Origin: the human T2T-CHM13v2.0 reference genome, Homo sapiens
Length of the DNA stretch: 64,000 bases
Direction: 5' to 3' (one strand)
NCBI RefSeq assembly: GCF_009914755.1
Contig: NC_060941.1
Part shown: positions 53,185-64,000 of the stretch, one piece after another
Numbering within the stretch: position 1 is the first letter of the stretch
How the letters are laid out: each line of letters opens with the position of its first letter
Made by a program: the position numbers and the translations under genes
The notes under the pieces: generated by a model
What the model saw: the letters and a program-made list of their open reading frames with translations, nothing else
Database searches by the model: none
What the model was told of the DNA's origin: nothing

Positions 53185-54116
53185 CTTTGGACAACACTAC
53201 TAAAGTAGACGCTATTACTAACATTGTCCACATAAAGAAACTAAGGCTCAAAGATGTTAAGATGTTACATTTAAGGCTGCACAGGCTTAATTCTGCAGTC
53301 AGAATTCTTAGTCTGTTTGCTTTTGCTCTTAAAACCACAGCTATTTCATGCTTTTAAAATCATAGCTATTTCTTGTTTACTCTGTGGGCTGCTGCCTCAG
53401 TTTCTTCTGAATAATTAGTTTCTGAAACACTAAAAGCATAGAATTGAAAGACTTTTTATTCTGCTACATTTTTTGGGCCTGCACTTCTGCACAGGTCTGT
53501 GTTGATTCATGAGTAAAATATAACCCTTTGTTATGTCACATAATAGTAAGCCAAACCCATATGTTAAAAAGAGTAGCTAATATTTATTATGCATTTCTAT
53601 ATACCTGATAGTGTGCTAGGTATTTCTACATGGATAATATCATTTAGTTCTTACATCAACCTATTGTTATCCCTATTCTACGATGAGAAAATGAAGGTTT
53701 AGGAAAGGTAGGCAACTGCCCGTAGTCATTCTGCTAGAAGCAATAGAGCCAGGGTCCAAACTAGGCAACTGCGAATAGGACAAAACTTTCTTAACATTGA
53801 CTGCACATGAACATCACCTGTGGAGCTTTTGAAAAATAGGACATCATACCCTTCCCTGGACCAACTGAATCAGGGCCCCTGGGGCATACATCATAGAACA
53901 TTAGTGTTTTTTCAAGCTGATCAATTGGTTCTGATTTTAGCAATGAAGGCTAAAAGCTACTGCTTTACCTGCAGAGGATTCTTTACATCTAAATGATGAT
54001 GCCTAGTTGACCAAGTGGTGCCTGCATTCCATATACCCATTGGTGTTATGAAGATTACCTTGGCCTCTGACTCCCTTCTTGGTGCCAGGGAGGCTAATAC
54101 TAGAGCTACTTGCTAC

Positions 54117-54447
54117 CAGCGCTGCCTTACAGAAATACAATGTGAGACACACATGCAATTTTACATTTTCTAGTAACCCTATTTTTAAAAAAGTTGAAAG
54201 AAACAAACAAAATTAATTTTTAAAACATGTTTTATCTAACCCAATATAGACAAAATAATAACATTTCAACGTGTAATAAACAAAAAAAGAATCACTAGGA
54301 CCCTTTACATTTTTATTTTTTGGTATCGAATCTTGGCGATCTGGTGTGTGTGTTGTATCCTCACAGCATGTCTTATTTCGGACCAGTCACATTTTGAAGT
54401 GCTCAAGAGACACATGTGCTAGTGGTTATTGGATTGGACAAGGCTGC
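54117..54447. mobile_element. MER33/MER3-type hAT-Charlie element
   Basis: CAGCGCTG...AATTTTACATTTTCTAGTAAC...CACATTTTGAAGTGCTCAAGAGACACATGTG...TTGGACAAGGCTG. Confidence 0.7.
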
Positions 54448-54499
54448 TTTAGATGACTATCTCTGGCTTTTGTTTCTTCTTCTAAAGTCTCAGATTCAC

Positions 54500-54843
<344 letters not shown>

Positions 54844-57800
54844 CTAGGAGAGGCCTTCTCTCATTGAATTTTTCTGGCCTTCCAGGTGCCAATCTATCTT
54901 GTAATCTATATGTAGCATGTTCAATCTACAATAATCAATCTCTGGTCTCCCAAAGGCCCATTGCCTCCTGAGGAAGGAATTGGCCTTGGGGAACCTTACT
55001 TTGGCAGGGTGATTGGAGACTGGCCATCCTTCTTCATGCTCCTGCCTTTGTTTGTTTGTTTTTAAAAGTAAAATGTCTTGAAGAAGCAATTTGGTGATAT
55101 AAATCAGGAGATATAAAAAAATCCATTCACTTTGACCAAGTAATTTCACAAGGAAATAATCTGAAATATGGAGGAAGTTTCAGGCCTAGAGGTTCTTATC
55201 CGGGCCTTATTTATACTATAAAATAATTGGATACAATCCAGATGTCCAGTGTTCATATGATGATTCCAAAGGCTGTGGGAAATCATGCACCCATTCAAAA
55301 TAACATCAGAGAGTTATCATAAAGAGAACTTCTTATGGTAAAATATGTGAAGAAAAGAGCAAGCACCAAATTGTTTGTGCAGAATTATAAGTATATAAAA
55401 ATATCTCAACTCAGAATAACAGCAAGAGAATACACCAAGGAGTTTAAAGTAGTTATCTTTTGGTGGTATGGTGATGAGCAATTTCTTCCTTCTTTTTTTC
55501 TACTTCTCTGTGTTTTTTGAAATACAGTGAGTACATATTCCTTTCATAATAAAATAAGCTTTATTATAATAAATAAACAATGTTAAGGACAAAAAAAAGC
55601 AATTAAAAACTTTCCACTCTTGCATGTGATTAGAAAATCATCTGCCTGTGCCTATAGGCTCCAAGGGGAGGAGAAAGGGAGAGGAAAGAGGAGGATTATG
55701 GGTATAAAGGCTCCTGTCCCGCCAGGGACAGATTTGCATTTTGCACACTGATACATCATTTCTGACAATTTGGAAAGTCTTTCCCCAGACCCCTGGACTG
55801 GGGCTGCTCCTTAAACAAAAAGCCAGTTTGTGAGGAAGACGCCTCTTCAGTGGTGTTGGCACAACAAACTCTTTCTTCAGCCTGGGGCTGCAAAATGGAT
55901 GCATTCAATGCCCTCAGGAAGGGACTGGACAAGGAAGCTGCTCAGTTGCTCAAAGTCTAAAATTAGGTGTCCCAGAAGCACAACTATTTTCTCTTCCCCT
56001 AAAGCAGCAGAATCCTTGTCTTAGGGGACTGAGTTTGAAACCTTCAGGACTTCCAGAGTCTACATGTTCCAAAAGGGGGCCTCCAATCTCTTTATTTCAC
56101 AATAAGATTGGAGGAGGAAGCTTTCACTGAAGCAACTTATGAAAGAGGTGCTAATGTACCCATTTCATAGATAATGAAACTGAGGCTCAGAGAGGTTAAG
56201 AAAGTCATTAAAGGAGTGAGGGGCATCTGTGGGATTCAAATTCAGGTCTGCCTGGATCCAGAGCTCATGCATGTCCATTGTGTGACACTGTTTGCCTCCT
56301 CTTCTCCTACTTCTCTCTGCAGCGGCTACAGGTGTGGGAAGAGCATCCTAGAAGATAGAAAACTTTGCTGTTGAACTGGCTTCCAGCATGGACCAACTGT
56401 CCTTTTGTGACCACAGCCATCTAGTCTGTCCCAAAGAGACCCTATCAGTAATGTGTCATCCTCAAGTTGAGAGGAAGTTTAACCAAAGAGGGCATTCTTA
56501 CACAAAGGGAGTATCTTTAGCTCTCACAGAAGAGGGGAGATAGGTAATGCAATTGGTCAGGGTTATTTAGAATGCAAGCAACTGCTCCTCCTTCCAAGAT
56601 GAGCAACCCAACCCAAGACCACATGATGGCTTGTGTGTCATCCTCTCTTGACATGTACTGACAAAGGGTCCTGTGTATTCCACAGGTGATGGGGGTCGTC
56701 TTTTTGCAGGCAAGCGCAAGACTAATGATGCTTTCAGCAGAAGATGGAGGAATAACTAAGGCAAGCTGCAAACGTGCAAGCTGTCAGTGTGATTCACAGA
56801 GTAATTACAGCATAATACAGTGTAAAGTATTAGGAGATAATAACAATAAGTCAGGATTGACTCATCGCTTTGAAAACTTGGGGCTGATGAACCTGCCAGT
56901 TATTTGCTAGTTCTCAAAGTCTGTAAACCAGTGTCATGTGAGCCAATCCTGGCAGCTGGATTCAAAAGAGACAGGTCTATTATCCCTTTTTACATTAAAT
57001 TGTGAGAATGCAGCAATGGGAAAATAGAAATGCAAGCAGTTAGGATAGCATTAGCGCTAGCGTCCAGGTAAAATGATAATTGTCAGGCACTTAAAATCCC
57101 CAGAAATGATATGCTCCCAGTCCACTGAAAGCTACAAACAAACCCAAGGCATAATGATGGACTTGCCTTGTTCTAACTAGAAGGAAAACAAAAGTATAGT
57201 AATAATGAAGGCTAGAATTGCTGAAGTGCCTACTATGTGTCAGGTAATTTACATATATTCCATTCCAGCTAATCCTCATAAAATAGTAGGTGGGAAAGCT
57301 TAGTCTCATTTGGGTTGAAGAAACTGTGCTTTAGATCATCTAAGCAGCACAGGGAATGTCGCAGAGATTGTAAGTGTGGGAGATGGGTTTCAAACCCAAA
57401 TACAATGGGCTTCAAAGTATAGGCATATTCTACCACTCCAGGCTGAATCTTAGGAGGTAGAAGGTGAGTCAATAAATCCATATGCGTGGGGACTTACAGG
57501 AGAACCTACACTTGTGAGGGCCTGCAAAAGGAAGCATTCCCCGTGGCTACCACCAGGGTCACCAAGTGGATGGCAGAAGCAGGTCCAAGCAGTGGTACCA
57601 CAGCTGAGATGCTGTAGCCACATAGTCATGAACGTGAGGATGTCCGAGGTCAGAATCATTGCTCATACACTTGAGGAGCACTTACACCATGTTAGTACTT
57701 GGGGCCACAAGGGTGAATAAGACTCAGTCCTTACACTCCAGGAGCCCAGAGTTCAGCCTTCCAGCTCCAATCGCAGACACACAAGTGCTAATAGACTCAC

Positions 57801-58169
57801 AGGAGGGGAAGGGATTAAGCAGCAGAATCTCCTTTGAATAGGGGTGATATTTGAGTCTCCATGCTTGATTTCTCTCACCCTCCCCTTCTCCCTCTGTCCT
57901 TCTGTTCAGCAACCCCAATCCTGTGGAGGGGTGAGGGGCTGGGGCAGAAGTGGTCTTGGAGAGTCACAGACCTGGGTCTGCCTCCTGGGTCTGCCTCCCA
58001 GATCTGCTGCTTGTTCTGCTTGGGACTTTGGATGCTCCCCTCACCCCAGGATCTCTGAATTATTTCAAAACTTTAAAAGGGGGTTTAGACTCTCAGTATC
58101 TCTAGGCCAGTCATTTATTCCATGACTCTCTTTAGCCTTCCTTCAGAGGGAAGAGGAAGGGGCAGTGTC

Positions 58170-58390
58170 AAGCCACATTGGAACCTGAAGCAAAAGGAGA
58201 AATCACTCATACTGATCCCGTCTCTATTTAAAATTTGGATGACCATGTTCATCATGAATTTCTTAACAGATTTTTTTTTTAAAGTACTGCACTAAAATGT
58301 TGTTTATTTTCGTTGCTGAAATTTTTGGCACCCCTGAAATTTTGCGTCTGAGACAAGTGCCTTCCTCGCCTCACACTTTTTCCAGTCCTG
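58170..58390 (-). mobile_element. MER96B-like hAT element fragment
   Basis: TTTTTGGCACCCCTGAAATTTTGCG...AAGTGCCTTCCTCGCCTCAC...AGTCCTG; family name recalled from consensus. Confidence 0.5.
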
Positions 58391-59525
58391 CGGAAGGAAA
58401 CTGAAATACATGAGCACCTACTGTATGCAAGGTAATTTACAGAGATTCCCCAGTCCCCTGTTGATCCTCACGACAGCTGTGTGGGGAGGGTATCGTTTAG
58501 TCCCATTCCACAGGTGAAAATAGTGAAGTTCAGAGAGGTTAGGCGAGTTGCTCAAGGCTGCCTGTGTCTGGCGGTGATCAGCATTTTCCAAGGCTCTGTC
58601 AGAAAGTTGAACACTTTCTCTCTCTATCTCTGTCTTTCTCTCTGGCTAGACTCCGACTGATTCTACAAAACCCGGCCCACTTTTGATTATAGCTTAATCT
58701 GTCAGAGAGGAGGGGGCGGGGCTTCTGTTAACTGATACAAAAAGGAGCTGGAGGGTCAGCTTTGTCAATGCGCTCGTGGCAGAGGACCCAGAGGCTCTGA
58801 ATCTACACAAATGGCCTTGGTTCTTGAGGCAGAAATATTCCTAGAGCAGAGAAGGGGGATTCATCAGGGTGCCTGGGCTGCGTAGAAATATCTCCAGAGA
58901 ATGTCCAGCTCCGTTTCTTCTAATTTGGGCTCTCCAAGCACCCTCCAGAGCTGGCTTTGTGCTCCTGAGGGGTCCTGCCCCCTCACAGAGGGCCTTGGAG
59001 ATAAGTGGCCCCAGGGTGCCTGCTTGGTTCTGACTCCATTTCCACTGTGTGGGAGCACACTGGCACTCCAGTGAGGTAGCACTGACAGAACCAAAAAGTG
59101 CTTGGACTCTGCATCTAAAAGACCTAGTTTCAAATCCCAGCTCCACCAATTAATAGATTAATAAGGGCTACCATTCATTGAGTCCTGCCTGAGCCACTTT
59201 ATATACATCAGCTCATTGATCCTCACAAGGATCCTACATTTTACAGATGTGGAAACTGAGGCCCTGAGGAATGTTGTTGCCCAAAGGCATGTAATAGTGA
59301 TGACAGGATGAGGATTTTAACCTTGCGTGGTCTGAATCCAAAGTCCTTGCTGTGCTTCCTCCAAGCCCTGTGACCTGGTGCCATTTCCTTTACTTCTTTG
59401 AGCCTCAGTTTGCTCAACTGTTCAAAGGGGATAGTAATGCTTTTAGCATTCTTGTAAAGATGTAATGAGATAATTCGTTTGGCAAACATTCATTAGGTGT
59501 TTGCTCTGCCACTGGCACTGTGCTA

Positions 59526-60200
59526 GGCAAAGAGGGTGGAGATGTTCTGGAGGGGCAAGGAGGATGGAGATGTTTCTCTGAGATGTTCTGGAAGGGCAAA
59601 GAGGGTGGAAGTGTTCCTTCTGAGGTGTTCTGGAAGGGCAAAGAAAATGTAAGTGTTCCTTCTGAGGTGTTCTGGAAGGGCAAAGAAAATGTAAGTGTTC
59701 CTTCTGAGGTGTTCTGGAAGGGCAAAGAAAATGTAAGTGTTCCTTCTGAGGTGTTCTGGAAGGGCAAAGAAAGTGGAAGTGTTCCTTCTGAGGTGTTCTG
59801 GAAGGGCAAAGAAGGTGGAAGTGTTCCTTCTGAGGTGTTCTGGAAGGGCAAAAAGGATGCAGATGTTTCTCTGAGGTGTTCTGGAAGGGCAAAGAAGGTG
59901 GAAGTGTTCCTTCTAAGGTGTTCTGGAAGGGCAAAGAGGATGGAGATGTTCCTTCTGAGGTGTTCTGGCAGGGCAGGGAGGATGGAGAGGTTTCTCTGAG
60001 GTGCTCTGGAATGGCAAGGAGGCTGTAAATGTTCCTTCTGAGATGTTCTGTAATGGCAAGGAGATGGAAATGTTCCTTCTGAGGTGTTCTGGAAGGGAAA
60101 GGAGGATGGTGAGGTTTCTCTGAGGTGTTCTGGAAGGGCAAGGAGGCTGGAAATGTTCCTTCTGAGGTGCTCTGGAAGGGCAAGGAGAATGGAGATGTTC
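59526..60200. repeat. Minisatellite/VNTR, ~42-bp unit (TGAGGTGTTCTGGAAGGGCAAAGAAGGTGGAAGTGTTCCTTC), ~16 copies
   Basis: Period of 42 measured directly (59621 to 59663), with some shorter variant units. It produces 14-aa periodic ORFs. Confidence 0.95.
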
Positions 60201-60559
60201 TTTTCCATTGGCCTCTCATGGAGTATTGGGTAAGACAGGGGAGACAGTAGAATTCTGGAAGAAGTGTATGGCAGAGGTTAGTGCTGGGCTTGTGGGAGGA
60301 ACGGCAGAAGTGGGAGAATCAGGGGTGGCTTCCTGGAGGAGGTGATATCCAGCTTGGATTTTTAAGAAATGAGGAGAAGGTAATTCCAGGCAGATGGAGC
60401 AGCATGCAAATCACAGAGGGAAAAAGGAACAAGATGTGTGCGTGCACAAATGATCAGAGGTGGAATGGCTACAGCGTGCATTCTCAGCAGGAGGGAGAGC
60501 TGATAGCAGGACAAAAAAATTGTCTTTTGGGGTGAGAAGGTAAACGATCTTAGACATTC

Positions 60560-61015
60560 AATGATTTGTGGGTCTCCAAAGGGTTACAGTACACAAAATG
60601 GATAAGTAGTGTATCTGTGACATTAAAATTTCTTGGGTGGATAAGAGGAAAAAGCTGTCTAAAAAGACTATAATATAGATGAACCTTAAGAACACTATGA
60701 TAAGTGGAAATAAGCCAGTCATAGAAAGAAAAGCACTGTGTGATTCCACTTATATGTAGCATCTAGAGTAGTTGAACTCATAGAAATGGAAAGTTGCCAG
60801 GGGCTGGAGGGATGGATCAATGGGAAGCTATCCTTTAATGGATACAGAGTTTCAGTTTGGGATGATAAAAAAGTTATGGGGGTTGGTTGTACGACAATAT
60901 GAATATATTTAACACTACTGAACTGTACATTGATAAATGGTCAAGATGGTAAATTTTATGTCTTGTGTTTTTTACCACGATAAAAATTAAGTTAAAAAAA
61001 AAGGAAAGAAAAAAT
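60560..61015 (+). mobile_element. L1MB-like 3' end with A tail
   Basis: GATGAACCTTAAGAACACTATG...GATTCCACTTATATG...GTTGCCAGGGGCTGG...CTGAACTGTACA...AAGATGGTAAATTTTATG. Confidence 0.8.
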
Positions 61016-61185
61016 AAAGCCTTTGCAGGGGGCAACAATGAAGAAAAGGTTGAGAAACACAGGGCTGGAGCACAGGGTGTTGGGGAAGGTTGGCTTCACC
61101 CTCAGATGAGCTTGGGAAGGAGAGTGAGGCAAAGCCCTGCAAGATCTTGCCTCTCATGCTCAATAGACTGAAGTTTCAGTTCTAC

Positions 61186-61384
61186 AGGTCTGGGGGCAGC
61201 AAACTTTTCACGTAGATATTTTTGGCTTTGTGATCCATATGTTCTACTCAACTCTCCTGTTGTAGAGCAACAGCAGCCCTTGGCAATATGCAAATGATGG
61301 GCGAGGCTGTGTTCTAATAAAGCTTTATTTACAAAGATAGATGTAGCTGCATTTGGCCTGTGGATCATAGGTTGCCAATCCCTG
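61186..61384 (+). mobile_element. MER58A-type hAT-Charlie element
   Basis: GCAAACTTTT...CTACTCAACTCT...GGCTGTGTTCTAATAAAGCTTTATTTACAAA...GTTGCCAATCCCTG. Confidence 0.75.
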
Positions 61385-62717
61385 CTATTCCCTAGGAAAA
61401 TTTCACTCAGGGAATTTTGTTTATATTTTAAAAAGTCACTTTGGCAATTTATGCAAAGACTAGATTGGAGAAAGGAGTGCACAGAAAGGGCCCGGCACGG
61501 TGTCTTGCCCTCAGAAAGGTGGGGTTTCCTTTTCTTCCCTCATGCCAGGCAGTGCCTTCTAAGTGGGAGTAGAATAAGTTGTCTCTCTGAGGCTGCCTCC
61601 TCTTTCTGACCTTGCACAAACCAAAGGCTGTGATGACTCCCTAACTCCTGACATCCCAGGAAAGTAGGAGCTGTACCACTTTGACATCTTTTTAGTTGCA
61701 GCAAAAAGAGATAAAACCAGATTTGGCAGTGGTGACACTTGGTTGGGTATCTGATACTTTGCTGTAGGTCATTTGTTAGCAAAATCCATCACCCGACCCC
61801 AACTGCTGCCTCTGACCCTGAGTCACCTCCCACACACCCCTGCATTTCATAGCTTTGATTCATTAACTCCAACTGCTGGAATTACAGGTAACACTCAGAG
61901 TTGCATTCTAAGTGGGCAAGGATGGCTGCTTTGAAAGTGGGCTTTCTAGAAAGGTTAATATTATAAATACATCTTAAATGCCTAATACATAACCAATTGC
62001 CACAAATGTGGAAATGTCAGCAGCGTTAAAACTCAGAAAGCAAGAAAGAAACAGGTCACCTTTGCTCTTGGTATATTGTATTTTCAACTGGGCTGGAGAA
62101 ATGCCTTTAGTCTCTTGGAGCAGTGGGCCACTCCTGGAAGCTGGAGTGGGCCAGGAAGGAAAAGACCTCTGAGGGTGATGGGGAGTGGGAGCATGATGAG
62201 AGACCAGTCTCTTAAGCTGCCAGAGTGTTAGTTTCCTCAGATGCAAAGTAGGGATGATAATTATAATAAGGTCCAGAAAGTTCTTAATTAACTACAAATC
62301 TACCATAAATGTTGGATACTGCTCTCTTTTTTTTCTAGCAACTAGGTCAGCGCTTGGCACACAGCAAGTGCTCAATAAATGCTCTTTCCTATCGTTTTTC
62401 TTCCCATAAGCCTTGAGGTTGGCTAACATTAGTTTAGACAGATACGAAAATATCAGATATGACCTCCCTCAGGTGTGCTTGGGTTTTCTGGGAGATGATG
62501 TTAAAGAGAAACTTTTCTGAGATTTGAAGGAGAACTTTGAGTGTATCAGTGGTTTAGGGAGGGAGGTGCTTATAATCCTCAAATTAGACCACAGAGGGGG
62601 CTCCTGCATCATCAAACGGGCTCTGTATATGTGTGTCTCTGTGTGTGTTGGGGCAGCAGGGTGTGTGAGCAAGTGCTGTGTGTGAATGAATATGTTCACG
62701 TGTGTATGGATGGATAT

Positions 62718-62870
62718 GCCAGGGCTAGTATGAGGCCTGCGAGGTGTCCAGGGTGCATCATTTAGGGAGGAACTCACTCTCAGGGAATGACCCTGTACTT
62801 GCATGAGCCCAAGAGTTATTGCCTCCTGGAATGTAGTATCTTTCACACCTCACCCTAGTCTCAGACTTGA
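62718..62870 (+). mobile_element. MER96-like hAT element
   Basis: Inverted ends GGGCTAGTATGAGG and CCTCACCCTAGTCTC; family name recalled from consensus. Confidence 0.45.
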
Positions 62871-63014
62871 GATAGTCATGTGTGGATAGAGAAGGGATAT
62901 CATTTAAACTGCAGTTGACAAGGAAGAGCCAATCCCCTTGTCCTAAAGAGCCTTCCAAAACAAGGATGAATTTCCTTAAGTTTTGGATTTGCAGCGATCT
63001 TTAAGGTATCCAAT

Positions 63015-63220
63015 CCAGTGGTAATCAAATGTTAGTGTGCATCAGAATCAACCGAGGAGAGCTTGTGAAACCTTCACATTCCCAGACCCCATCTCCAAGA
63101 TTCTGATTTGGTCGGTCAAGGCTGAGGGACCTGGAATCTGCATGTTTAACATGAACGCTTTCCCCATTCCAGGTAATTTTGACATGGGCTGTCCAGGACC
63201 AACCATGGAGAAACTCTTCT
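63015..63220. mobile_element. MER5-type element
   Basis: GCATCAGAATCAACC...GCTTGTGAAA...AGATTCTGATT...GGAATCTGCATGTTTAACA. Confidence 0.65.
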
Positions 63221-63299
63221 TAGAATTGGAGTGACCACATAATTCATCATCCAATCCAAGCCACTTTGGAGAGTGAAATGAATTTGTTGTAGTTTAAAT

Positions 63300-63496
63300 C
63301 AGGAGTTGGCAAACCGTGACTGTTTTTGTAAATAACATTTTACTGGAACACAGCCACGCTCATTTGTTTAGGCATTGTCTACGGTTGCTTTTAAACTACA
63401 ATGCTAGAGTTGAGTGGTTGCAACAGAGACCCCATGACTTGCAAAGCATAACATATTTATTATCTAGTCCCTTACAAAAACAGTTGTCAACCTCAG
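63300..63496 (-). mobile_element. MER58A-type element, opposite orientation to the 61186 copy
   Basis: CAGGAGTTGGCAAAC...TTTTGTAAATAACATTTTACTGGAACACAGCCACGCTCATT...AGAGTTGAGTGGTTGCAACAGAGAC. Confidence 0.8.
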
Positions 63497-64000
63497 GTTT
63501 GGATTATTATTCAGTAAATATTTACCCCCATACCTAGTAGCTACCTTAACTATAGTTTAATCTTCCTTTCACTTAGAAGGATCTTGAAGCCCAGAGTGGT
63601 TAGAGTTTGGGCAAGCATATTTTGGACAATACTTGGATGTCTCATTCTAAGTTGGGTTGTGGATACACAGTTGAGAAACCTCTAAAAGGATGCCTAGTGG
63701 CTGTTGGGATAAACTAGAGGGGGCTCTGAGGAAGGTTGGGTTAAGTTGAAGGTTTGCCCTGGCTACTGATGCCCCTTTGTCATTCTCAGACTGACACTCA
63801 GACCTACCTTAGACTGACATCTCTTGAGATGAATGCTCCCCACCCACTCCTGAACAAATAAATAGCAAGAAAATGCAAACAGAGGGAAGTCGCATCAAGA
63901 ATAATTACAGAGCAGTCACATATTTTGATTTAAACTTAATGTTGCTTAGCAAAAGAGAATGTGCTGTGAACAAACAGAGATCAATTCACACCACTATCAA

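Noticed and set aside
59414-60219. 264/258-aa repeat proteins, or a CRISPR-like array
   Set aside because: These are head-to-tail minisatellite units with no unique spacers and no cas genes, in a eukaryotic context. The ORFs follow from a 42-bp stop-poor unit.
61186-63496. Inverted MER58A pair as the ends of a composite transposon
   Set aside because: The copies are clearly diverged from each other and look like independent insertions. No transposase ORF lies between them.

Overview
Primate (very probably human) genomic DNA rich in Alu, L1, L2, MIR, MaLR and hAT repeats. It contains one supported coding exon: the minus-strand alternative first coding exon of ASIC2 (ACCN1) isoform ASIC2b/MDEG2 at 13332-14039. 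This exon has 236 codons, ends at a canonical GTGAGT donor and lies in a ~2.2 kb CpG island. Positions 1-13331 are ASIC2 intron. From general knowledge of the gene, the whole window should also lie inside the very large first intron of ASIC2a. The other ORF-track entries are GC-rich shadow ORFs, repeat-derived ORFs or chance ORFs. I found no convincing new multi-gene system. The most interesting signals are: (1) a TGAATGAATGA cassette at the ASIC2b start, with stops in all three frames, a competing out-of-frame ATG and two converging uORFs; (2) a ~220 bp inverted, ~94% identical local copy of an ancient L1M fragment inserted into an L2 2 kb away; (3) a twin-primed inverted L1PA with an intact TSD; (4) a 42-bp minisatellite. 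Repeat subfamily names are by eye and their boundaries are approximate.
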